Counted from the first letter of the whole stretch, positions 39,690 to 49,885 are shown. The stretch: DNA of 61,909 nt, filler included, from 9 parts of 9 records of this genome joined end to end with filler, not necessarily neighbours in it; one strand, 5' to 3'. Numbers and translations: made by a program. Notes: generated from the sequence alone by a model not told the origin.

Positions 39690-40385
39690 ATGATGAAGAG
39701 TATTTGTATTATTCCGGCTCGCGGTGGAAGTAAGAGAATTCCGAGGAAGAATATAAAAGAGTTTTGCGGAAAACCAATTATTACATATAGTATTCAGGCT
39801 GCTCTTGATTCAAATATCTTTGATGAAGTTATGGTCTCTACCGATGATGAAGAAATAGCCATAGTAGCAGAAGAGTATGGAGCAAACGTACCGTTTATGA
39901 GATCGGCAAAGACCTCAGATGATTATGCTTCGACAATGGATGTTTTGAGAGAAGTAATTGAGGAATATAAAGCAATCGGCAAATTGTTTGATAGTGTCTG
40001 TTGTCTATATCCATGTGCACCATTTGTTACTAGTAATAAATTGAGTAAAGCAGAAGAGCTCTTGCAAATCAGTAAATCAACAAAAGTTGTGATACCTGTT
40101 GTTGAGTATACTTATCCGGTTCTGAGGTCTTTTACAGTTATAGATAATAAAGTGGAAATGCTTTTTCCTGAGAGCTATTCTGCGCGATCTCAAGATCTTG
40201 AGTCGGTATACCATGATGCCGGGCAGTTTTACTTTATGGAGAGTTCTATAATCAATGATAATTTTCCTTTGTTTGGCGAGATGACAGATATTATGATTGT
40301 TTCTGAGCTTGAAGTACAGGATATAGATACTGCTGTCGATTGGAAATTAGCAGAGATGAAATATAAATTAACTTTAACTATATAG
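39690..40385 (+). CDS. pseF: Pseudaminic acid cytidylyltransferase-like
   Basis: IIPARGGSKRIPRKNIK, VSTDD, LYPCAPF, RSQDLESVYHDAGQFY, VQDIDT..DW. Confidence 0.85.
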   Translation: MMKSICIIPARGGSKRIPRKNIKEFCGKPIITYSIQAALDSNIFDEVMVSTDDEEIAIVAEEYGANVPFMRSAKTSDDYASTMDVLREVIEEYKAIGKLFDSVCCLYPCAPFVTSNKLSKAEELLQISKSTKVVIPVVEYTYPVLRSFTVIDNKVEMLFPESYSARSQDLESVYHDAGQFYFMESSIINDNFPLFGEMTDIMIVSELEVQDIDTAVDWKLAEMKYKLTLTI

Positions 40386-40396
40386 TGAGGATTATA

Positions 40397-41538
40397 ATGC
40401 AGTATTGTAAGCAATGTATCATGCCTATTACAAGGCCGGAACAGGTATTTGATGAAAATGGTATTTGTGATGCATGTAATTCAGCCAATCAAAAACATAG
40501 TGAAATAGAGTGGGATGAACGGGAAAAAGAGTTTAGAGAACTTCTGGATAAGTATAGAGGTGATGGTTCACAATACGATTGTTTAATCCCGGTCAGTGGT
40601 GGTAAGGATAGCTGTTATCAGGCTTTGACAATGCGTGATAAGTTTGGTATGACACCTCTCTGTGTAACTCATACTCCTTGTGAGCTTACAGAAGTTGGGA
40701 TGAAAAATCTGACATTTTTGCGGGATCAGGGTTTTGATCTGATTCAATTATCACCAAATAGAAAGGCTTATAAAGAGCTTGTTCGTATAGGATTTTTCAA
40801 ACTGGGAGATTGCTGCTGGCCTGAGCATATCGGTATATTTACTGCGCCAATCAGAGTTGCTGTGAATTATAATATTCCATTGTTGATTTGGGGTGAAAAT
40901 TCTCAATTCGAATATGGCGACCAGCATCGAAACGTGAGAATAACTATCTTGATAGAAACTGGCTTGAGCAATTCCAGATGTGTGGTCATAGGATTTCTGA
41001 TGTTGTACATGATGGGGTCGATATCAATGATGTAAAAATGTTGCAGTATCCGGATGATGAAGATATTAGCAGAGTCGGAGTTACAGGGCTATTTCTGGGG
41101 TATTATCAGAAATGGGACTCTATTAGAAATGTTCAGGAAATGACTTCTCTTGGGTGGCATCATAATGATAAAGGACCGATTGAAGGTGCTTATAATGATT
41201 TTGAAAACCTCGATTGTAAATGGATCGGCGGGCTGCACGACTATATGAAGTTTATTAAGTTTGGATATGGTAGAGCCACTGACCAACTCTGTATCGAGAT
41301 AAGAGCCAATAGAATGACTAGAGATGAAGCGATAGCAGCTCTTAAGAAGACAGATGAGGGAACAATACCCTGGAGGTATATTCCTGATTTTCTGGAATAT
41401 CTTGATATCACTGAAAAGGAATTTCTTGATAATCTTGATAGCTTTACAAACAAGGCTCTGTTTGAAAGAGATATGGAGAGCGGTGAGCTGAAAAAAGATG
41501 CGGATGGTAATTTGATTAGAAAATTCTTCCCTAACTAA
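40397..41538 (+). CDS. N-acetyl sugar amidotransferase (WbuX/PseA-like); 1-nt deletion near 40919
   Basis: YCKQCIMP.TRP, GICDAC, PP-loop SGGKDS; one added G restores WGENSQFEYGGPAS; KFGYGRATD. Confidence 0.9.
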
Positions 41539-41548
41539 GGATAATAAG

Positions 41549-42169
41549 TTGATTGTTGTTTTGGATGTGGGGCTTGGAAATATTGGCAGCGTTTGTAACG
41601 CATTAAAGTATTTACACTTTGACTTTGAAGTTGTAAAAGAAGATGATATTATACCGGAGACAGCAACAAAGATCATTTTTCCTGGAGTAGGAAGTTATTT
41701 TGAAGCAGCGAGAAGGCTGGAGAAGTCTGCTGTTCTATCATCGTTAAAAGATAAAGTATTGAATGATAAAATTCCAATTTTAGGGATTTGTCTTGGAATG
41801 CAGCTTTTAACGAAAAAAGGGTATGAGCACGGAGAAGCTGAAGGTCTCGGTTTTATTGATGCTGAAGTCAAAGAGATAGTACTTGATGACAAAGACCTTG
41901 TGCTGCCGCATATGGGTTGGAATGAAGTGCATTGCAGGGGTGAGTCTAAATTATTTACAGGTATAGAGGATGGTGAGTGCTTTTATTTTGTTCATGGTTA
42001 TGAATGTGTTTTGAACGAAAAAAGTGAGCTTAGTATTGGGTATACAGATTATGGACGTGACATTGTCGTTTCTTTTACTAAGGATAACATTTATGGTGTG
42101 CAGTTCCATCCTGAAAAGAGTCAGCGGGTAGGGCTGCAGATGATTAGAAATTTTGTAGAGTTATGTTGA
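41549..42169 (+). CDS. HisH-like glutamine amidotransferase subunit (WbuY-type, glycan locus)
   Basis: PGVGSY, GICLGMQLL, PHMGWN, FYFVHGY, QFHPEKS. Confidence 0.92.
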   Translation: MIVVLDVGLGNIGSVCNALKYLHFDFEVVKEDDIIPETATKIIFPGVGSYFEAARRLEKSAVLSSLKDKVLNDKIPILGICLGMQLLTKKGYEHGEAEGLGFIDAEVKEIVLDDKDLVLPHMGWNEVHCRGESKLFTGIEDGECFYFVHGYECVLNEKSELSIGYTDYGRDIVVSFTKDNIYGVQFHPEKSQRVGLQMIRNFVELC

Positions 42170-42912
42170 GAAAAAGAGTAATCCCAGTTGTGTTACTAGA
42201 TGGTTTTTCTGTATTAAAGACAATAAACTTTAATACTAGGCGCAATCTTGGTAGTCCGGTAACTGTGGCTCGTACCTATAATACTAGAAATGTCGATGAA
42301 CTGATTCTTCTTGATATCGATGCCTCAAAACAAAATAGAGCTATAGATGCTTTTACTATTAAAGATATCGCTGCAGAATTATTTATGCCACTTACTGTTG
42401 GTGGTGGAATTCGTTCGGTTGATGATGTGCGTTTGGCGTTGAAAATGGGGGCGGATAAAGTAGCAATAAATACTTATGCGCTAGAAAACCCCAATATAAT
42501 CACTGAAACATCGAGGATATTTGGCTGTCAGTGTATTGTCGCTTCTGTTGATGTGATTTTGTGTGATGGTGTATATAAAGTCTATAGTAATGGTTCTGCT
42601 GTTGATGACCTCGATCTTTTCCAGTGGTGCAAAACTCTTCAGGAGTGTGGAGCGGGCGAGATATTAATTAATAATGTTACACTCGATGGAACGATGCAGG
42701 GGGCTGATGTGGAGTTGGCTGATAAGATATCAAATACGGTAAAAATTCCTGTAGTATATGCTGGGGGAGTATCATCTGCAAAAAATTTAGCAGAAGTTGC
42801 GGCTACCAGAGTCTCTGCAGTTGCTGCTTCCAGTATATTTCATTTTACCAGTATTACTCCACAAGAGTGTAAGGAGCAGATGAACTCAGACGGAATAAGT
42901 GTGAGAATTTAG
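42163..42912 (+). CDS. HisF-like cyclase subunit (WbuZ/AglZ-type, glycan locus)
   Basis: MLRKRVIPV, DELILLDIDAS, FMPLTVGGGIR, GAGEILIN..DGT. Confidence 0.9.
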   Translation: MLRKRVIPVVLLDGFSVLKTINFNTRRNLGSPVTVARTYNTRNVDELILLDIDASKQNRAIDAFTIKDIAAELFMPLTVGGGIRSVDDVRLALKMGADKVAINTYALENPNIITETSRIFGCQCIVASVDVILCDGVYKVYSNGSAVDDLDLFQWCKTLQECGAGEILINNVTLDGTMQGADVELADKISNTVKIPVVYAGGVSSAKNLAEVAATRVSAVAASSIFHFTSITPQECKEQMNSDGISVRI

Positions 42913-42929
42913 GTTGTCTCTTTCTTTGA

Positions 42930-44366
42930 TTATTTGTATAAACCGAGGAACTTTTTGATCTTATTCTTTAGCTTTATGTCGTTCTTCAGATTCACCCCCA
43001 GAAACTCTCCTTCAAATAAGTCCTTGGCTTTATAATATTTATATTCTTCTCCAAAGGTACTCCAGGCAAAGCCATAGATATAACTGTTTTCTTTGGGCTT
43101 AGGCTGGAGCTGATCGGTCTCTAGTAATTCAATAAATTCATCCATGTTCTCTGGCCTGTAACACACATCAAGGTTCTGATAAATTGCTTTATTGAGAAGT
43201 ATTACCGGCTTTCCCCAGTAACATGATTCAACACCGATAGTAGAGCCGAATGGTACAACAATAATCTCTGACTGGATCATCAATTCGTATGTGTCGACAA
43301 CATCCTCAGGGGCGATGATTGTCAAATTATCTGGGGCATTTTCTTTATATTTTAAAAGCTCATCCAGTTGTAATGTTGAATCCCAGCCGAGATGTGGATG
43401 GATCCTGAGATAAAAATGTACATTAGGATCATCCTTAAATTGTTTACATATAGTATCCAATATCTCAACTTCATTTATAAAATCGCCTCTTGGTTTCCAT
43501 GAATCATAGTTAATAACTTCCCATAATGAAGAATTAAAGAAGGTGATATTCTTTTTCGTAGGATCAAAATTTTCAGGTAATAATGATTGTTTCTGCTCTG
43601 CTGTATATGACAGCCATTGTTTATCTATGCCTTTTCGCTTATCGGTAAACCATTCTTCTGCAACAGCAGCATCTTCTGGCTTATACTTACTGCCATATTG
43701 ACCTATCAGGATATCAATAGTAGTCTTAAGTTCATGCCAACGCCTGTTTTTCCCTAGGATATATTTTGTATTATCTGCACCACGCTCATGGAAATAATAA
43801 TCAATATGGTGTTTATCACAATAACTCAATAGTGGCTCGTATTCCTGGAATCTGCCATTAAAGACATAGACTTCATCAGGGTTTATATCTTCACATATCT
43901 TTTTGAAATTTGAATATACTATATAACTTATCTTGAGTGCTGTCTGTAGTTCTGCTGCGATTTCGTCGAGATCGAGTGATTCTGCTTTATTTACAAGCAT
44001 GATATTCTCAAACATACTGAAACCGATATTGATACCATCGTATTCTAATGACGTGACCTCTTCCATGGTTGAGTATTTTGCTGTTACATAAGCAGGGTAT
44101 GAGTCTGGTGTCTCTAGGCAGAATCTGTTCTTTTTAGGAAGATTTATGATTTTGCACCCAAGTTTGTATCTTTTTTGACAGCGTTTACAGAATTTTTTCT
44201 TGTCAATGCTGCAGAAAGCAGACGCACAGCTTTGCATTAGTTCAGCATTACAGTGTAAAGAGTAGACCATATCTCCATCAAGCTGGCTTTGATGCATTAA
44301 TTCCAGCTCTGTTTCGAAATTAGGATTCCAATAACAGTTAAAATTTACAAAGAGTATTTTTTTCAT
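42930..44366 (-). CDS. Capsule-biosynthesis (KpsS/LipB-like, putative GT-B) protein, paralogue 1
   Basis: VYVFNGRF, HERG, FYLRIHP, VDTYELM, STIGVESCYWGKPVIL; located in a glycan locus. Confidence 0.6.
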   Translation of the reverse strand: MKKILFVNFNCYWNPNFETELELMHQSQLDGDMVYSLHCNAELMQSCASAFCSIDKKKFCKRCQKRYKLGCKIINLPKKNRFCLETPDSYPAYVTAKYSTMEEVTSLEYDGINIGFSMFENIMLVNKAESLDLDEIAAELQTALKISYIVYSNFKKICEDINPDEVYVFNGRFQEYEPLLSYCDKHHIDYYFHERGADNTKYILGKNRRWHELKTTIDILIGQYGSKYKPEDAAVAEEWFTDKRKGIDKQWLSYTAEQKQSLLPENFDPTKKNITFFNSSLWEVINYDSWKPRGDFINEVEILDTICKQFKDDPNVHFYLRIHPHLGWDSTLQLDELLKYKENAPDNLTIIAPEDVVDTYELMIQSEIIVVPFGSTIGVESCYWGKPVILLNKAIYQNLDVCYRPENMDEFIELLETDQLQPKPKENSYIYGFAWSTFGEEYKYYKAKDLFEGEFLGVNLKNDIKLKNKIKKFLGLYK

Positions 44367-44599
44367 TATCAGTATCCTCTATATTATTGATTAAATAGTA
44401 GTATATGTTATAATCATTACTTATATTTTTGTGAATATTGATCGCTTAGTTTACTCTTAAGTTTTTAAAAATGAGTATGTTTCATGATCAGCTATTTTGA
44501 CTTTAACAGTTCTCTTTACTAAGCATACTATATTAGGAAGACTGATATTATGCAATACTATAATCATTATTTTTGTATTAGTTTTAAGGTATATTACGA

Positions 44600-45777
44600 A
44601 TGAAAAAATCCCTGTTTATAAACTTTAATTGTGTTTTCAATACACATTATGAAACAGAATTAGAGCTGATGTATAAATACATACTGGAAGGTGATGAAGT
44701 CTATTCCTTGCATTGTAGTGGCGAGCTCAATAAAAAGTGTGCAGCAGCAGTTAAAAGTACTGATGCGATGATTTGCGATTACTGTCAGGCGAAGTATAAA
44801 AAAGGAACGGAGTTAATCGGGCTTCCTGTAGAGAATAGTTTTACTGTTGGCAGGATGAATAAATACCCTGAGTTTGTAAATGATAAATACAGTTCTCTCG
44901 ATGAGCTTGCAGAGGTGGAGTATCAGGGTATAAATATTGGCGATAATATTGTTAGAACCTATAAGAACCTTGAGAGCATGCAGACTGATATGGTCGTAGA
45001 AATGCCTGATGAGTATATACGTTATTCTTTAATGAATAGTATCAATGTATTGAATAAGTTTGTTGAATTACATAGCTCACTCAAATTTGATGAAGTATAC
45101 TTCTTCAGTGGTAGATTTCCTGAATATCACCCAATTTTAACATATTGCGAAGATAATAATATTACATTCTATGTTCATGATAGAGGTGCTAATCATAACA
45201 AATATATATACTTTCAAAACTCATTGCTCAATGATTTGAATGTGAAAAAAGATATATATATTAATAGAGCTCTGGAGAGGGGTGTAGCAGAGTCTGAAAT
45301 GTATGAAATTGGTAAGCAGTGGTTTGAATCTAAAATTAAAGGGAGTGGTGGTGGATGGATCTCGTTTGTTGAAGATCAGGAGACTTCAAGGCTTCCATCT
45401 GAGTATGATAAAAAGAAACATAATATTGTTATATTCAATAGTAGTTTTCATGAAGCATGTATTCATGAAACACTGGCTCCAACCAAATGCTTTAGTGATG
45501 AAATTGCAGTTCTGAAAGATCTTTGTGCAAGATTTAAAGAGCAGCCAGATTATCACTTTACCCTCAGGTGTCATCCTAATATTGCCTTGAATCCAGGCGA
45601 GCAATTAGAGAATCTTTATAAATTGGCAAAGGATTGTCCTCAGAATCTGACTCTTGTGCTGCCGGAAGATAAAATTGATACATATGAGCTGATAAAAGAA
45701 GCAGATATTGTTATTGCTTCACTCTCAACAACGGTAGGAGTAGAAGCGGTATTTTTACGCAAACCTGCTATTTTACT
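44600..45777 (+). CDS. Capsule-biosynthesis (KpsS/LipB-like) protein, paralogue 2, 3' truncated
   Basis: Co-linear with 42930-44366: NFNC..N...ETELELM, YSLHC, VYFFSGRF, FTLRCHP, IDTYELI, TTVGVEA...KPAIL. Confidence 0.6.
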
Positions 45778-45877
45778 NNNNNNNNNNNNNNNNNNNNNNN
45801 NNNNNNNNNNNNNNNNNNNNNTTAATTAATTAANNNNNNNNNNNNNNNNNNNNNNNNNNNNNNNNNNNNNNNNNNNN
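45778..45877. other. Artificial contig spacer 6
   Basis: N44-TTAATTAATTAA-N44. Confidence 0.99.
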
Positions 45878-46297
45878 GATGACTTTGAAGATATCTATGA
45901 AGATGAATTTTCAGATGATGTAGATGATGAAATATTCTACGCTTATGACAAATATGGTGATGAGATGACAGATAAAGATATGGAAGAATATTTCGATAAA
46001 GCTAAGTTAACAAAGCTTAATGCTGCTTATATTGTAGCTGATGACGATACAGAAACGTTTGTTCCTGGTAGAATAGAAATTATCATTAGTCCTGACGATT
46101 CTGTAGATATTGATGATGGTGCAATTTCTTTTGATAATTACGCTATAATAGTTTACAAAAAAGGCGGCAATCCATTTTTAACTATCTTAATAATTGCTTT
46201 ACTAGCAGGTTTAGGTGTTGGTGCTTACTTTGCATATGATAGATTCTTTGCAAAAAAGAATAATGATGATCTAGAAATTGACATGGATGCAGAATAA
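45878..46297 (+). CDS. Acidic protein with a C-terminal membrane anchor, 5' truncated
   Basis: Asp/Glu-rich open frame from the contig start, TM NPFLTILIIALLAGLGVGAYFAY, then KKN. Confidence 0.65.
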   Translation, partial: DDFEDIYEDEFSDDVDDEIFYAYDKYGDEMTDKDMEEYFDKAKLTKLNAAYIVADDDTETFVPGRIEIIISPDDSVDIDDGAISFDNYAIIVYKKGGNPFLTILIIALLAGLGVGAYFAYDRFFAKKNNDDLEIDMDAE

Positions 46298-46316
46298 TCA
46301 ATTGAGATTTGTGTAT

Positions 46317-46345
46317 AAAAGGTCACACGTTTGTGTGACCTTTTT
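46317..46345. terminator. Bidirectional intrinsic terminator
   Basis: AAAAGGTCACAC-GTTT-GTGTGACCTTTTT between convergent genes. Confidence 0.85.
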
Positions 46346-46360
46346 GAATTACTAAAGATT

Positions 46361-47341
46361 TTATTTTTGGTAGTCTCCTAGGTCAATTTCAAACCTGCAA
46401 ATTTCATGTCCAGCCAATGGGCTTTTTAAAAGCTTAATGTCGAACTGTCTGCCTAAAATTATTTCAAATGGGTATTTTGCAAATCCTGCACTGCAATAGC
46501 ACCACTCGCTATCAACTGTATCATCTTCTGATAATATACTTTCCCTTGCAAATGGACAATGACATGCGTAATATGTTTTTTTCTTTATGTCTTTCTCCTT
46601 TAGATAATTGACTACATCATATGGAATTTTTGTTACATACAGTTTATTACCATCTCTTTTTCCAGATAATATTTCTTGATTGTATGCAACAAAATCCACA
46701 ACTTCTTGGGTAATTATTTGCTCAAACCATACTGTACTACTGTCACAATATCTTTGTAATTCTTCCACTTTTCTTTCGTGTCTCTCCTTTAAATATTGGT
46801 CTATGGAATTACTGTTCTCATAAAACTCTTTCTCTAATTTCATAGCTTCCTTAGGTATCCCATGATTGTTACCAGCTAAAATCTTATGATATAAATCAGG
46901 CTCTAAGTTTTTCTTTATCCTATCCATTAAATCGTGAGTATATTTTGGCACTTCTTCTAGTGGTGTACCTAATGGAGGCTTTTTGAATCCATTTAAAATC
47001 TTATCAGCTAACTCTTTTCCAGCATATGCTTCCATACGTTTCTTAATATTTTCTAAAACTCCTAAGCCGCCTAATATTTTGGTAAAGTAAATATAAACAT
47101 CATTATTCTTTATTACATAGAAATATCTAGCAAGCGCAAGTAAAGTATCTATATCGTTATTATTATTTTCAATAAGATTTCTAATATATGCTTTTGCATT
47201 AGCTGCATCAGCATTTTCAAAATTAATCTTATGCTTTTTAAAGAACTCCTGAGCTTCATTTAAAGCTGATACTGCTTTGTCTATTTTCTTTTCATCGTAA
47301 CCCCTATCTTTATATAATTTCACAAAACTATCTGTATCCAT
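46361..47341 (-). CDS. DUF6144-like protein with a C-terminal Cys cluster (V4R-like)
   Basis: YACHCP...WCYCSAGF...ICRFEI; RBS AAGGAG. Confidence 0.65.
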   Translation of the reverse strand: MDTDSFVKLYKDRGYDEKKIDKAVSALNEAQEFFKKHKINFENADAANAKAYIRNLIENNNNDIDTLLALARYFYVIKNNDVYIYFTKILGGLGVLENIKKRMEAYAGKELADKILNGFKKPPLGTPLEEVPKYTHDLMDRIKKNLEPDLYHKILAGNNHGIPKEAMKLEKEFYENSNSIDQYLKERHERKVEELQRYCDSSTVWFEQIITQEVVDFVAYNQEILSGKRDGNKLYVTKIPYDVVNYLKEKDIKKKTYYACHCPFARESILSEDDTVDSEWCYCSAGFAKYPFEIILGRQFDIKLLKSPLAGHEICRFEIDLGDYQK

Positions 47342-47691
47342 AACATCTCTCCTTCTACCTAATTTATTTTAATAAATCTATTTTACCATATTTTTTATTT
47401 TGTGCACTCAAAAATATATATAATGAGCTGCTGTATACTTATGAAATGAAAAAGCAAGTAAAATAAAATACTAAAGTTCTTTTCTTAAGCTGAACCTTAA
47501 CTTAATGCATTAACAGGTAAATATAAAAAATAATAAATCAAAGCCATATTATACTTTGCCAATCTAGTGTTAACATTCATGATATTCACTTTTTAAGCAC
47601 GGCAATAAACCTCTTACGATTATGGGATTATTAAGTATATGTCAAATAACGAAACTTTTTCTGTTTTCCTATAGCCTAACTCATTATTATA

Positions 47692-47755
47692 AAATATTAC
47701 CTTGACAGATAGAGTAATTTGTTGTAATATTACTCTAAGACGTAGAGTAATATTA
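47692..47755 (+). promoter_or_regulatory. SigmaA promoter overlapped by two operator palindromes
   Basis: TTGACA (47702)-17 bp-TAATAT (47725); perfect inverted repeat TAATATTACTCTA-N5-TAGAGTAATATTA; degenerate copy AAATATTACCTTG-N5-TAGAGTAATTTGT. Confidence 0.8.
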
Positions 47756-47790
47756 TTATGAGCATGCCTATATCTAAAAAGGAGGTAAAG

Positions 47791-48120
47791 ATGATTAGTA
47801 GTGACGTTATCCGTGGTCATCTGGATGCTGTTATCCTTAAACTGATAATAGAGAAAGACAGATACGGCTATGAGATATCCAAAGAAATAAGCGAAAGAAC
47901 AAATAATGTATTTGAAATAAAAGAAGCAACTCTGTATGCAATATTTCAAAGATTAGAAAAAAAACAATTTATAGTTTCTTACAGCGGGCAAATAACTCAC
48001 GGTAGAACACGAAAGTATTATAAAATTACAGCTTTAGGAAAAGAGTATTTTGATGAAAAGCTTAAGGAATGGACATTAACTAAACAGATTATTAATACAC
48101 TATTGGAGGAGAAAAAATGA
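47791..48120 (+). CDS. PadR-family transcriptional regulator
   Basis: RBS AAGGAGG; SDVIRGHLDAVILKL..DRYGYEI, KEATLYAIFQRLEK, RKYYKIT..GK. Confidence 0.95.
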   Translation: MISSDVIRGHLDAVILKLIIEKDRYGYEISKEISERTNNVFEIKEATLYAIFQRLEKKQFIVSYSGQITHGRTRKYYKITALGKEYFDEKLKEWTLTKQIINTLLEEKK

Positions 48121-48545
48121 TAACAATAAAAGATTATATTGAAGGACTTTTTAAAGATATTCCAGACAGTCAAGAAAAAGAAAATATTAAAAACGAAATT
48201 ATATTAAATCTAGAAGAAAAAGTACAGGATTTAATGGATTCAGGAAAAGCCGAAGAAGATGCAATAAATAAAAGCATTGTAGAGTTTGGGGATATTACTG
48301 AAATAAAAATGAATTTGCTAACTGAATCAGGTTCAACACTAACGAAAAATGCAAATAAAATAAATTATGCTAATCGTATGTGGTTTTCTATATGGGGCGC
48401 ATTATTAATAATAGGTCTGTTTTTCTTTATTAACTATACTACTCCCTCACGGTATGTTCACCCTTGGTTTGTATACCCTACTTTTGCTATACTATGGTGG
48501 CCTCTTTCTATGTTTTTCTCTTGGCTCAACCATAGAGAAAAGTGA
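48117..48545 (+). CDS. Permease-prefix/HAAS-like helical domain plus one two-TM WWP unit
   Basis: IKDYIEGLF...KNEIILNLEEKVQDLMDSGKAEEDAINKSIVEFGD, then HPWFVYPTFAILWWPLS; ATGA overlap with padR. Confidence 0.8.
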   Translation: MITIKDYIEGLFKDIPDSQEKENIKNEIILNLEEKVQDLMDSGKAEEDAINKSIVEFGDITEIKMNLLTESGSTLTKNANKINYANRMWFSIWGALLIIGLFFFINYTTPSRYVHPWFVYPTFAILWWPLSMFFSWLNHREK

Positions 48546-49821
48546 GGCGCAAAATGAAAAATAACGCTTTAGTATTTGCTGCGTTAGGAGCTTTACTGAT
48601 AATTGCTCTAGCATTAACAATAAACTTTACAACATCTTGGAATCATCCATGGTTTATTTACCCTACTTTTGCTGTGCTATGGTGGCCTTTAGGGGTACTC
48701 TTTGGTAAGAATAAAAAATATAAGGAATTTTCATTAATAGGCGGTCTATTAATCGCTGGATTTTCATATTTGGTAAACATGATTACATCACCAAGCTTTC
48801 CATGGTTCATATTCCCTTCATATTGTGTTTTATGGTGGCCTATGACTATGCTATTTAATCCTGCAACGAGGCCAAAATTATATTCAGTGATTGCAAGCAT
48901 ATATACAATTGGGTTCTTTTGGCTAGTTAATTACATAACTTCTTCTAACAATATATGGTTTATCTATCCTGCTTTTGCTGTGTTGTGGTGGCCTATCAGC
49001 ATTGTGATATGCAGTGCTAAAAAATACAAACTCTATTCTGTAGTATCCACCATTTATATAATTGCTTTTCTTACATTGGTTAATTATGTAACATCACCTC
49101 AGTATGTGTGGTTTTACTATCCTGCTTATGGACTTTTATGGTGGCCTTTATCAATGTTTCTAGACAAAAACCAAAAATATATTCCATAATTATGTCCTTG
49201 CTGACCCTGGGATTCTTAGCTCTAATTAACTATATGAACTCAGCAAAAGAATTATGGTATCCATATGCAGTGTTTCATCTTTTATGGTGGCCAACAGTAA
49301 TGGTTTTGGGCAAAAAAGCTAAATCTTTATGGTTTGCAGTAATAGGAGCATTATCAATAATAGGTTATTATGTATTTTTGTACTTTAAATTGACCCCTAA
49401 TGCACATCCTTGGTATTTATATATTATATTACCTGCTGTGTGGTGGCCTGTATGTGCAGCATTAAAGCGCAAAGCAATATCTATAGCATTTCAACTTTTT
49501 AGCTTTTTTATATTCATTGCATACTACTCTATATTGAATATTATTTTAACACCAAATTACTTTTGGGCAATTAATTTAATCTACCCTGCATTATGGGCAG
49601 TAATGGGAATTTACTTTGGACATAATAAAAAATTCTTTGCATTTTCAGTGTGTGCTTCATTAGTAACCATAGTATATTTCTCAATACTTAATTATATCCA
49701 CTCCCCACACGTAATCTGGGCAGTGTATCCATCCTTTGCAATTCTATGGTGGCCTCTAAGTATGTACTTTTTCAAAGTAAAAAAGGTAAAGCCGCAGAAA
49801 ACATCTTATCAAATAAATTAA
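48542..49821 (+). CDS. Polytopic membrane protein of eight two-TM WWP repeats; 1-nt deletion in the A5 run at 49166-49170
   Basis: Repeated N-x(5-7)-W-x-x-Y-P-x-F/Y-x-x-L-W-W-P units; one added A joins ...MFLDKKPKIYSII... Confidence 0.8.
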
Positions 49822-49834
49822 TAGACTAAAACTT

Positions 49835-49885
49835 CCGATGAGTAAGCAAGGTATTTATTAATATCTATTATTCATCGGCTTTTTT
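49835..49885 (+). terminator. Terminator-like hairpin ending the padR operon
   Basis: CCGATGAGTAA...TTATTCATCGG followed by CTTTTTT. Confidence 0.55.

Noticed and set aside
41549..42912. hisH/hisF as histidine biosynthesis genes
   Set aside because: They follow a WbuX-like amidotransferase in a glycan locus with no other his genes, so gene symbols were withheld.
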